64,000 nucleotides of DNA from Isurus oxyrinchus (lineage: Eukaryota), in NCBI GenBank assembly GCA_026770705.1, contig JANJGN010000056.1, forward strand, positions 1,302,001 through 1,366,000, given 5' to 3'. Below are positions 35,689-47,927 of this stretch, one piece after another (position 1 is the first letter of the stretch; the number at the start of each line of letters is the position of its first letter). The position numbers and the translations under genes were made by a program. A model generated the notes under the pieces. The model had not been told where the DNA came from. It did not search any database and was given only the letters and a program-made list of their open reading frames with translations.

Positions 35689-38600
35689 TTGAAATTATGG
35701 CGTGTGTGAATGGCCGCCACTCTCTCAGACTTTGCCTATACTCTCAAAGATTTGCAAACCGTTTAATCCTTAAAACCAACTTACCAATTTTCCACACACA
35801 TCTCAATAATTTAGTCACCATCTCACTGAGCGTCATCAACAATCTTTGATATAAAGTTCCATGTTGCATCAGGGTTTTATGTGCATTTTAGTGAACTGGC
35901 AGCTGAGGCTGCTGAACAGATACTGGGTTGACACATTCACCCATGTTTGTTCGAATGGAGGGCACCACCTTTTTCTGAATGTCTGCCTCCCACATTTTAA
36001 TTTCTTTCAAATCCCGGCCAATAGGGCGCTCCCAATTCCATTCAACCCTCACATGTACCTCCTTTATCAGGGAAGAATCGATATGAATTAGCAGCCGATC
36101 ACGGCACAAGAATACATAAAGGTCCATTTATTTTTAATCCTTGAAATGATTTAAAGAAAAGGACGGCCACCACCCTCGGATATTCCTCATCGGGAGACTA
36201 GAGTCGATTTGAAAGGACAGACAGTCACCATTCCCTGCATCACGACAGAGGGAAACCGTTCCAAATCTAATTTTACCGGATAATCCACGGCTGCCTTCTC
36301 CAGAAATCCTCACAAAAGTCACCACTGGGACATTAAGGATGACCAGAAAGCGGCACAGAGGACGGCAGCAGCGCGAAAATAAAGCGCCCCCTCCCCTCCC
36401 CGGTCACTAAAAGCTGGTTAGCCTGTGATGGTCATTATCGAAGGCCAGTGAAACGGTGCCGGGAGACATCATATATTAGATTAGCTCACTTGATGTTCAA
36501 AAGGGGGCAGCCTGTATTTGAATGTAACAGTGACAAATAGTCTGATTTAGAGTCGTTATTCTCCTGACAATGTTATTGTGAAAAAGGGTCCCAGACTGAC
36601 TGAGAGCAGGGACCGAGTCCAACGCGCCTGACAGCAAACCCTCAGCTCGAATGTTGCTTTCCAATTTTACCCGATGGCTCTCTGATCGAGCAGAATGATA
36701 TGTTCAACGTCCCAATAGCAGCCCGGGTCAGGGTTTAATTTACTTTTCACTGCAATGAGTCTAGTGACTTCTCCTAAGGCACTTCCAGACAGGTTACCCT
36801 TCTGACATTGCACGTTTCCTGGCAGACTACCTTAAGTGGGTGATGAATCTTTTGACAAACTATTGTTATGTGGAATACAGTAACTCTATTGCATTCCAAG
36901 CAGCACTGACACATTTCTGCACTGATGGATTCCCAGTACTGAATCGTTCAGCGATATCTGGGTTTCAGTATTGAGGAGTTGCTGCACCGCCAGAGAGTCA
37001 GTACTGAGAGAGCAGGGCACCGTCAGAAGTATCAATGCTGGAGCAGAACTGAATTGCCGGATGGTCAGTACAGGTCAAGTGCTGTGTTGGCGAAGGATCA
37101 GTACTGAAAGTTTGCTGCAAATTTGAAGAGAGGGACAGGGTGAGACAAGTGCAGAGAGAGAGAGTGAAAGACAGAGAATTTGAGAAAAAAACAAAAATAT
37201 AGATAGAGATAACAGGAAGGCGACAGGAAGAGAGAGGTTCAGAGAAAAAGGCGGACAGCACTGATGGAGTGCTGCACTATCGGTGGGTCAGTAAGAAATA
37301 ATGCTGGTCTGTCAAATTTCAAAACGGAGGGGGTGCTGCAATATTTCTGGGTCAGCGCTGAGGGATCATTTCTGTTTATTTGTCCCTCCATCTCTCCCTC
37401 TCTCTCTCTTCCTCTCATCTTCCTGTTATCTCTCATTATGTTTATGTTTCTTTCTCAACATCCGTCTGTCTGTCTCTCTCTCATTCTTTGTCCTTCTCTC
37501 AACCAATCCCTCTCTTTCCTCCTTTTCACGTCCCGTCCCCTGTGACTCAATGTCTCCCTCTCTCCCTCTATTATTGTCCATCTCTACCTTTCTCACTGTT
37601 GTTCTCTTCCAGCCTTTAGTTCTCTTCTTGACTGTCTTTCTGTCCCTCTCCATCCCAGTATGTTCAACTCTCACTATGCCTCCAACTCTCTGCCTATCAG
37701 CCTCTTTCTCTCCCCCTCTCACACTCTTTCTATCTCTTTTTCAACCTCTCTTTGTCTTTCTCTGTCTGTTAGGCAACCTGCCTCTCTCTCTCTCACTCTC
37801 TATATCAATCTGCATCTCTTTTAGGGAGATCGAGGTCCAGTTCTGCCATCTCGGCCAACACACACACCCCTAATCAACTGCAACGCCGCCCACTTTCTGC
37901 AGCTGAATTGACGCCTACTTGCTTTATAAACACGAGCATCCAGTGGGAGCTGGCGTGCTGCCCACGCACTGATTTCTACTGATATCTCACTTTCACTTTG
38001 TTATCTTACTTGCGTTGTTGGTTACCTTAAATCTACGCTGTGACTGCATCTCCTCTGAAAGGACTGCACCACGTTCCACTCTGACATTCCATTTCAGCTT
38101 CCAATCACGTGTTGGAAGGAGGATGCATGTCCAATCACTGAGAAGCAGTGGCGATTTTGGAAGTCGGCGTCAGTGGCTTAGTTCTCTGTTCAATCAATGC
38201 GAGAGTGAAGGATAATGGCCATGTCTGGTGGGCAATGGAAGTGTGGAACTGGCTTGAGATGGGTTTCCTGCCCTTCCTGTGTGAGGGATGGGGATGATGG
38301 GCTTTGCATTCGGCCAATGGGATGCGAGGAGTTGGTCAGTGTGTGAACATTCAGGGCCTCCCCTCGCCCCCGCACACCCCCCCCCCCCCCCACCACCACC
38401 ACCCCACCCCCATCACTGTAAATAAGAGAAAATGCTTTAATTCCAGAACATCATGGTTTCTTTGCTCCCGCAGTGAGAGAAATTTTCCTCCTTTGAAACT
38501 GAGCAATGAACTGATAAAATATTGGAAGCGCTGAGTCATTATGTTCCATTGATAAAGACACCTTGAACGCACTGGACACCCCCATCCTACCCCCACTCCC

Positions 38601-38877
38601 CCGTGCCAGCTGGAAATGCTAAATTCAATGAGAGAATTCAGGACCTCCTAGAAATATAATCCTTCCAGATAGTAAAACCACTTCTCCCTCCCAAACATCC
38701 CCACCCCATCTCCCAGCCCCATCCACTGAAAACGTTAAGTTAACTGTGAAAATTCAGGAAGTTCGCATTGATTCTTTCTGCCCAGTGACAGACCCATAGC
38801 CCCTGCTGAAAATGTGAAATAATGTCCTATAAATGTCAGATATTCAGCTGTTCTAATCATTGAACGAAGTAAAAAAT

Positions 38878-39755
38878 TTAAGTGAAAGGATATTTCAACA
38901 TTTTCCACAACTGCTCCCTGAACCTAGTTTGTGTCACAGCATAAATCCAAGTGTTTGTGCAGCAACTAAGGAGCTGCAGCATGAAGCCCAATTCCAGAAC
39001 AAAAAAATCTAGATACAGGGAATTATAGCCTAAATCATACATCCGGATCCATATCGAAAAAAACATTAGCATTCCCCATAAAATGATGAAATTGGCTGAA
39101 ATATAAAAGAGTAACATGATCGATTTTTTTCGATTGTCCACCTCTGGGTCTTCGGGGCTTTGCCCACTCCTGTGAGGCCGGAGTCTCATGCGGGCCCTGC
39201 TGGTCACTAAAATATACTCGACAGTAAAAATATTGATGAGCAGGATCAGCACAAATGGGGCACACGGTGTTAGAATGTGATGGGTGAACTCGATTGTTGT
39301 CCAGACAGGATTGAACAGAACCTCCTTTCTGTAACCACAAAACCAGGGGAGGTTTACCATCCAGTACTGACCTGTGAGCAAAAAATACCAGAAAATGTTC
39401 TTTGAACAGCTCAGTGCAATGACGGTTCCCAGAATCACAGCTGCCGTTTTCTCCCTGCAATATTTTGATTTCAGCTTCGGGCAACAAATGGCCACAAATC
39501 GATCCAAGGTAAAAGTGACAGTGAACCACACAGAACAGTCAGTGGCTGCATAAAGCAGGACAGCATGGATATTTCACACTGGGATTGATTGCAGGAAAAG
39601 AAAATACTTATCAAACACAATTGGAATATGCCTCAGTATCAGGTCCAGGATAATGACCAGTAGATCAGCGACTGCCATGGCCACCAGGTAACGGGTAATA
39701 CAATTGGAGAGGCCACACCTCCGGCGCCTGAGTATCACAATCGTGACCAGGTTCA
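38878..39755 (-). pseudogene. GPCR exon 2, unit B, with a single in-frame nonsense codon
   Basis: Same length as unit A exon 2 and same acceptor. TGT(Cys) to TGA at 39576-39574 (one A-to-T change on + at 39574); the frame is open on either side. Confidence 0.88.
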
Positions 39756-40879
39756 CTGCAAGGAAAGGTAATAAACAATAAAACGCTATATCACTCTGGT
39801 ACCAAAGTTGCCAGTATGATTGAGATGCGATGGAGATGTGTTACAGCATCCTCCAGTGTAATGAAATGAATGGTCCAGAAACATGGTATAAAAAATATCT
39901 GTGATATCGTGGAAGGCAGGATACATTGAAAGGTTAAAATAAGGAGGTGGGAATAAGGTGGAGATGGGAGTTTGCGGGAGAGCGGGAATATTTGCGAGAC
40001 AAAGAAGGAAAGGAGTAATCGGGGGATAATCGGTGCACGTAGCGGTGATAGCAGCGCATGGAGTGGCGGGCGAGCGTGCCCATTATGGGTGGTACTCATG
40101 GGTGATGATGGAACTCAGGAGTGAGAGGGGAGACGTGTTTGAGTGAGAGCAGCCAGAGGTGATGATTACGTTCAGGCAAATAAGTGAAATGGGGTAATTT
40201 ATTATTTTGCTCAACATATCTCCTGACAGGAAGGCTCTGCAGTTATGTGATGGAATGTTTCCTCTGTCCAAGGATGTTATTTTAGGAATTTCAAAGAGAG
40301 CTTTCTTGTGAATTATCATTTCAAATTAAATGATAAATGACCGTTTCTTACAAAATACGAAATGCAAGTAATAATGATCATGTACACCACAAACACTCAT
40401 ACACCCTCACACATAAAATAATAATTTGCTGAAATGCTCCACATACTTAAATTATTACGAGTGTAGAACAGGAACAGCTCATTCCTTAATATGCTTTATG
40501 TGCTGGTTGTAAACATTGCAGGACTGAGGTCTTCATTCCTCGGTTATTGAAGACAAATGGAGTTTTTAAATATCTGGCTTTTAGTCTACAATGTGGTGGA
40601 GCCTCTGTGTTGACGATATGTACCAACATGTACAGCCTATCAGCCTCTTTTAATGCCTGAAATCTTCAAAAATGTCTCTTAAAAATGTTATTTTGCAGTG
40701 TTTCTATTATGAGCAAAAGTCTCCCTGTCCTTCGATTTTGGTGTTGGATTTCCATTCTCCAAACACTAAAATTTATGTTGTGTACAACTTCAGAAAATGA
40801 AGTTATGTGCAAACTGGATTCTTAGTGGCACATCTAGACAACCTATCAAAGGCGAAAGCATCCAGAATATATCTTACCA

Positions 40880-41890
40880 CAATCTCCTCTTCTCCTGCGG
40901 TGTACTCCGGATTCCTGGTGACAATGCCTGTGTCCTTATGATGGTGATTATATGAAGGATGCAGCAGAACACTATGAACATGACCACCCGCTCCAGCGTG
41001 TAAGGGACAGTTCAATCCCAATGGCTCAGGAATGAGAAGCGTTTCTTTCCCACAATGGCGGGCTGATCCACAATGGTCTGTGCGACTCCATTACACTTGG
41101 TATTGAGGTGTAATGTTCACCTGCTTGGTTGGAGGTAGGGAATGGCGAAGTTGCATTCTATTGATCCATGTACCTACGGGGCAGCCTTCATCTACGAAAA
41201 GCCACTGTGTGCTTCCCTATGGAGCTCCGGAGATGCTGGAAACATCCGACTGCTTCATAATGAAGGTATTGTGGCTCTCGCCAGGATATTGGATGTTCAC
41301 CAACATGATGTACTGTCCATAAATATACATCAAATGGACGTGAAGTCAGTCAGAATTCCTTCTGAGCCTTTAAATCTGTCCATTCTAATGGGGACACGGC
41401 AGAATTATGTACGCCATCGTGAATCCCTCTGCCCTGGAAGGCCATGGAACCGATCAGTCTGCTTCTCCCTGTTAAGGGAGCAAAAGTACAAACGTGGCAC
41501 CCAACAGAGATGTTCTCTGTCAGCTAATGAATACATAGCTAGACAAAATACTGGGAGTAATTAATATAACACAAGCTATTCTCCTGCGTGGACTGTTCTG
41601 AATCCATAGCAGTTTCAATGATCATGTGAACACCGTGTCCAAAGACAGCAGTCCCGCACCCTGGTGTGCGGCCCTAGGTCCTGTTGAAGGAGGTGACACG
41701 GGTCTGTAACACCTTATTGTTTTGTCAGAGTTATATCCGTCTATGAACATGTTTTAGGTGTACGTTTGTAAAGTGTTCCTGACAATCCAGGGGTGCTTAG
41801 AGCAGTGCAACACCTCTCCCCCCCAAAAACAAATGTTAACATGCGGTCCCCTCCCTATTCACTCCGCTCATTTCGCTCGTCATGGTACAG
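40880..41890 (-). mobile_element. Decayed Harbinger transposase, unit B paralog
   Basis: Colinear with 12990-14000. Confidence 0.72.
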
Positions 41891-42036
41891 GTCCAGGTGC
41901 ACTGTAACTACATCCCCAAAACCTCTTCCAAAGTTGGGCCTATAAATCCTCTATCCTCTCTCAATTTACGCAGCCCTTCACAGCACAGCACAATGAAGAC
42001 CATCTAAAGCACCTCAATGGACTTTGAAATAACAGT

Positions 42037-42175
42037 GATAAAAACAAAACGACTGCAGATGCTGGAAATCCAAAAAGTTCTGTCGAAGGGTCATGAGGAC
42101 TTGAAATGTCAACTCTTTTCTTCTCCGCCGATGCTGCCAGACCTGCTGAGTTTTTCCAGGTAATTCTGTTTTTGT
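42037..42175. mobile_element. Short inverted Penelope-like fragment, paralog of 14145-14282 (decayed hammerhead at 42076-42114, +)
   Basis: Same structure and same flanking tttgaaataacagt repeats (42023-42036, 42176-42189). Confidence 0.85.
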
Positions 42176-42970
42176 TTTGAAATAACAGTAGTCAGTCAAA
42201 TTCCGTTCAGCTGACAGTCAGATGTCTGGCCCGTTTCAATTAAATTGGAAAGGGTGCCTCGTGTTTTTTTAACAAATATTTAGCTGAGAGTGATTAACAC
42301 AGCTTTTTGGTGGACAGTACAGCCAGTGTTTCAAAGACATGCATCAAACATGCTGAAAACCCCCGGACAACACGGGACACCATGTGTGAGTTTCTGGACA
42401 TGGGATTGATTGGAGAAGCGAGATTACATTGTGATCAAATCACACGATTGGCAATTTTGAAATTGACGGACTGAAAGACCTGGCAGCAATATTGGCCCTT
42501 GAGCACAGGGATAATGGTGGAATGAGATTTGGCATGGGCAAGTTTACAAAGATCAGAGTTTTATATGGGGTATGTTTTAAGAACGTTTGTAGCAGCAATT
42601 GTCTGGCCAGATTAACATTTTAATAGCCGAGTCTGGCTTGGACAAATGCACAGCTGAGGGATCATTCAGGTGATGTGTTGATGCAGCGAGGATAGTGGGT
42701 GAGAGGCTAAAGAGCTGGTAGAAGACAGGCTTAAGGATAGAAAAGGTGTGGGCTCACAAATCAGTTCAGGGCAAAATGGAGCATGGAGGTCGAAGACACT
42801 ATGGTTCAGGCTTAGATAGTGGTGCGGTAGGCGGGTGGAGACTGGATATGGAACGATCATTAAAACAGGAACAGTAGCAAATGACTTCCATCTTCCTGAA
42901 ATGTAAGAGACAGTAACAGTAATACAGCCAATCTGGTTTAAAGAACAGATTGTTGCATATAGGTTCTTAC

Positions 42971-43166
42971 CGCTGACACCAACAAGAGCCAGGATGGGGA
43001 AGTAACCAACTTGGATTAACGAAATTACTCCCTCGATCCTAACAGCTAATGATATCCGATCTTGAGAAAGGTAGTAAAGCCCGGAGGATAAACTTCTGTC
43101 CATTTTTGTGAAATTCCAAGATTTTGTTCTAAGTTTCTGATTCATTGTTGTCACGTTCCAATCTAT
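42971..43166 (-). pseudogene. GPCR exon 1, unit B
   Basis: First ATG changed to ATA (43166-43164). The second in-frame ATG at 43145 and the G|gtaag donor at 42971/42970 are retained. Confidence 0.85.
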
Positions 43167-43372
43167 TATTCTCAGGTTCTGATGTTTTCTCTCCCCCTCT
43201 CAGGAGTCGTTGATCCTTGCGACTGCTCAATGCGACTGCCCCCCTGACATTAGGGGACAGCACTTTGAAATGAGCCCCGTATAAATAGCACTGTGAAACC
43301 CTCCTGTGACACAATTAGGATCCGGGGAGATTGAAGTTAATTACAGGGACTGAACAAACCGTTTCAGTTAAC

Positions 43373-43611
43373 AAAAACAGAATTACCTGGAAAAACTCAG
43401 CAGGTCTGGCAGCATCGGCGGAGAAGAAAAGAGTTGACGTTACGAGTCTTCATGACCCTTCGACAGAACTTTGGTTCTGTCGAAGGGTCATGAAGACTCG
43501 AAACGTCAACTCTTTTCTTCTCCGCCGATGCTGCCAGACCTGCTGAGTTTTTCCAGGTAATTCTGTTTTTGTTTTGGATTTCCAGCATCCGCAGTTTCCT
43601 TTGTTTTATCT
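43373..43611. mobile_element. Young palindromic Penelope-like terminal-repeat insertion, present in unit B and absent from unit A
   Basis: 14-bp direct repeat ccgtttcagttaac at 43359-43372 and 43612-43625. ~100-bp inverted arms (43370-43469 / 43474-43573) around tttg. Empty site in unit A at ~15467-15485. Confidence 0.92.
43474..43510 (+). ncRNA. Minimal hammerhead ribozyme motif (right arm of the palindrome)
   Basis: GTT-CTGTCGA-A-GGGTC-atgaa-GACTC-GAAA-CG-TC-AAC. The mirror copy on - (43433-43469) has GAAA changed to GTAA. Confidence 0.7.
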
Positions 43612-43999
43612 CCGTTTCAGTTAACGCCTTGCATTCCAACAATTTTTGTCTCACAACATAGTAGGACACTTACTTGGCGTGGATCGGATTTATGTGGGTC
43701 GCTAAGGGATGGAAGGCTGCGAATAGAGGTTTGACTGACCATGACATGTAAAGGCACCTGGGAGTGATATCCGAGGACAGGAAGGTTTTATGTGTTCCAC
43801 GCTGTTTATAAAAGCAGAGTTCCAAAGCAGAATGGAACCTGGATTGATGACCTATTTTTAAAAAATCATTTATTTTGGGAGCGTGGGTTCCTTACTGAAA
43901 GAGGTTCACAGGAGCCTGATCTGACTTTGCAAGATTCACAAAAAAAATGTAATTAATCATGATCATATTACACCAGGCAACCAAACGCTTGGTAAGTTT

Positions 44000-46900
44000 T
44001 CATTACAGAGACCACGAAATAAGTGGCAGAAACTCACGCTGCCCCTTTCATCCTACTAATGCCCTTATTAACCGAGGACCCCAGCGGCCAGGCAACATTA
44101 TTTTTGGACCAAGGATAACGTTTGTTCAGTGGTAAAGAAGTAGATCTTCCAGTGGTCTCCTGAACATTCACTAGAAGCAATTGCACAATTGGTATATCCC
44201 TTTAGATATCCAGAACACTCAATCTAAATTCACCTCTCCTTTAGTGTTAGAGGATTATCCACGAGTTCCTTAAGAATCTGGCATCATGCCCAGTTGCAGA
44301 CAAACTGAGGCCTTTTCGTCAAGTCTTCACTCATTGGCAATCTGATACAACTGAAACTACAAGGTCATAGGCTCCTTGTCTTCATGTATCTGTGCAGCTC
44401 CCCCTGATCACAAGTTGCGAGTCAACAACACAGTTTTATTTCCTACTTCCTGTTTTAGATGTGACTTCACTAAATCACCAAAACCTTTAGTAACCAATCT
44501 CTTCATTTCAAGATTCGTAATGCAGTCATTAAAATGTATACATTTAAACAGTGCCCCAGGCTGGCCTGCTGAATGTCGCCAAAATCCAAAGTGAAAATAA
44601 ATCCAGGCTTCACATTACAAATACAATTGTAGCTTGCCTAAAATAATATCGAGTTCCCATCATTTACCCCGCAAAAGGATAAGAAATGAAAAGGTAGCTT
44701 TCAGAGACATTTTCATTTCCCGTTAGCATCTCCTCTCATTACTAAATCTATCTTATCTTATAGCATTTACAATAGCTGTAATTATGTTCTTACAAAAAAC
44801 ATGCAAGTATTTTCCATAAGAATCATATTCTATACAAGTCCATTTTAATTATGGTGTTCGTCTTCCTCCATATTTGCACTTGATGAAGTATCTGTTGTTA
44901 CACTGTAACTTCTAGCGAAATGGCTGAGTTTTTCACTGGAAGGGAGTGGCCTTAAACTCAACCAAAATAGTATTGGTTTCTTATTCTGAAACTTTTCTAG
45001 GAAGGATATTGGATTTTGATCCTTATAAAATAATAATTTCTGCAGAATGTTTGGATGAGGAGACATTTTGTACAGCCAGCACTATATTTAGATAATCCTT
45101 CTCACTTCTGAATATTTCCCCTGGTAAAAAAAAAAAGTACATTTCCAGTAACTTAACAGACTGGCCGTTCAATTCCCGTCTCGTCGCCCTGTGGTAAAAC
45201 TGCTCCAACACTCACTAGCATCAGAAACTAGTTTAAATGGCTTCACACAATGTGATGCTACTAAAGTCGGTGGAGTGGTGAGTACAGCATTCAAGATGCC
45301 AAAGGCACTTAGGCCATCCTTTGTCCATTCAAATATTTTTGCTTTTCTAGAGATCAGTTTGCCTTTTCACCAGAGCTTGGCCCAAATCAATCTCTTTCGT
45401 TTTGGAAAATTTACTTTATGCAAATTTTATGACTAAATTGTATGTTTGGAAATGACCATACACATCATTCAATTGTATAAGTTCCCCCCAAGCTCAGCTG
45501 AACACAACGAACTTCTCACTATATGTATAACACTGTTAAATAATCCTTCGAAAACGCGTTCGCTTAATCATTGCCATGTTACTGTTGCATTCTTCATTCC
45601 GAACGACATGAAATTACGTTCAAAATACCCATTCGTGGTTGCAAAATTTGGTGTTTCTTCGGCCACTTCTGTTAAACGGACTTTTCAGTACACCTACAAT
45701 AAATCATTTCTTTTACCAGGAATCTTGCTTGCCCAATCTTTTCAGTACAGTTTTCCAATCCTGGAATAAGATATGGATCCGCGTATGTGAATGCATTAAC
45801 GTTGCCATAAACTATACACCATCATTCTGACCCATCTAGTTTAGGTGCTTTTATAAGAGGTAAGCTCCATGTATTGTGAATCGGTTGAATAATGTCATCG
45901 TCGAACATAAACTTTATTGCTTCCTTCGCTTAGATTAACATCCCTGAAATAAGCCTGATAGATGTTGCTTTTTTGGTGACATCCCCAACATTGCAACATA
46001 TAAGGCCAAAGCCGTTTTCCTTGGTCGATCTGTACATTGAGTTTCATGAGTTTGTAATAACTTTCATAAGACATCTCGGAATTATTTTCTGGAAGTGAGC
46101 ATAATATGGCACGGGCATCACGGGTTATCTGGCTTAAATTGCTAAATGGAAATCGAAACACTGGAAGATCAAATATTATCTTATTGAATAGTGGAGCAGG
46201 TTGAAGGGACTGATTGTTCAACCGCTGTTATTATTTCTTATGCTCTTATCTAAATTTTAACGGCCTCTGAACTGTACAATATAACCACTGGAGAGTTGAG
46301 TTTAGAATTTCCGATTTCTGGTTCATTCTCCAAATGGTTTGAGATATTAATTTCTCCCCTTTCTCCTTTCACTTATGCAAACACATTCCTCTCCTGGTTA
46401 CCTTCCCAGCCATTATTTGGCTTTAACATATTGACGGGAAACATTCAGTTGAATTTCACCCTGATTGGAGTGCTCACTAGATCATTCACAGAATTGAGTT
46501 TCTTTGTGACTTGGTAAAGGCCGATGAACCTTGCTTTTCTCTTTTTACTAGCGAAAAGTCACCAAACTCAAACATTTCATTCAGCAACAAAACTTCGAGT
46601 TTTGGAATAGATATCTGCACCTGCTTCCATTGTTTGTGGTGCATTTCTATTTTTACATGATTTTTGGCCGACCCACAGGCCTTCCCAGCAGTTTGTCACG
46701 TCGGTCAAATGTGACATCTCGGAACTTTGGTTGATAAATTTTCCTTTAATAAATTTCACTGGATCTCGCATCACTTCCTCAACTATCAGGTCAAAAGCAC
46801 TGAATGCTGTGGACTCCTTCTGGGCATCCCTTAGAAATACCAATCGAAGGACTCTATCACAAAAATGGACCATCATTGACAATATATTTTAATCGTTGTC

Positions 46901-47720
46901 TTTAAAGTTGGATTTCATTTTGCTAAAGTTCCTTATAACTGTGAATAAAACGCTGAAGGCTGAAAATATTTTTTCCCTCTCCAAAACTTTTCATTTTTTA
47001 TTTGAATATCTGTGACATAAAATATGAGCCTTGATCTGATTAGTTTTCCTGAGGAAATCCACATATTTTAAAGAAATGAACTAGCTTTCCCCCTACAATT
47101 TTCACCATGATCTTCCTGAAATGCACTGCCACTGGAAATCTTGTTAGAGCTACCATAAGTTTTGGAAAACACTGTTTCCCACTTCTGATTTAGCTGGGGG
47201 TCCAAAACAATCTATTAATGAAGTGCTAAATGGTTCTGTACAAGCTGGTATTGGACTGAATAAAGGATGCACTTGAATTGATGATTCTGGCTTCCCCACT
47301 ATTCGCATGCATGTCATGTCTGGCAGAAACTAACAACGTCTTTATGAAACCATGGCAAATAAAATATGTTTCAGCATGTTAGCCTGTGTTTTCCTAAAAC
47401 ACGCATGAACTGCCATTGGAACACCGTAAGCAACTCGTGATGGAACGTCCACCAGATGAACTATTGTAAAGTGCCGATTGGCTCATATTTGAGGTGGTCT
47501 CCCTTTCCTCATTAGCACAGCATTTTAAAATAATAACATTCAGGTACTGATTCTGATTCAGGCTCTGATAGGGTGTTATAGCAAATTCTCCCAACTTAGG
47601 ATCAGCCTGTTGCATTTCTACTAAAGTAGATGGACCAAAATGTCATCCCCATTCTCATTACATTCTTCAGTTTGCTCCAGTTCCTTCTAAGGCTTCCTTT
47701 TTTTGCGGGGGCTGAGATCT
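44000..47720 (-). mobile_element. Gmr1-like Gypsy element, unit B paralog
   Basis: Colinear with 15850-19700; carries a 120-bp deletion near 45345. Confidence 0.8.
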
Positions 47721-47927
47721 AGCCATGAAGCAGTCAAGAAACAACCCAGGATATTGCTCAAATCGCGCCTCAGCTACTTTCCGTTCCACTTGGTGTTATA
47801 ACAGTCTCGGTGAGGCTAATGTATTTGAACCAGCTGTCTCATAGCCCAAGATGAAATCAATTCGTTATTTAGTGATTTGATCCAAAGCTCCAACTGCAGC
47901 CTCTCCTCTCACTAACTGACTTATTTT

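Larger units (their letters stand above)
34832..35692 (-). mobile_element. Young 5'-truncated Penelope-like retroelement (861 bp), specific to unit B
   Basis: Flanked by aattat at 34826-34831 and 35693-35698. Empty sites ctactttttaattatggcgt in unit A (~7761-7780) and unit C (~63001-63020). Confidence 0.92.
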
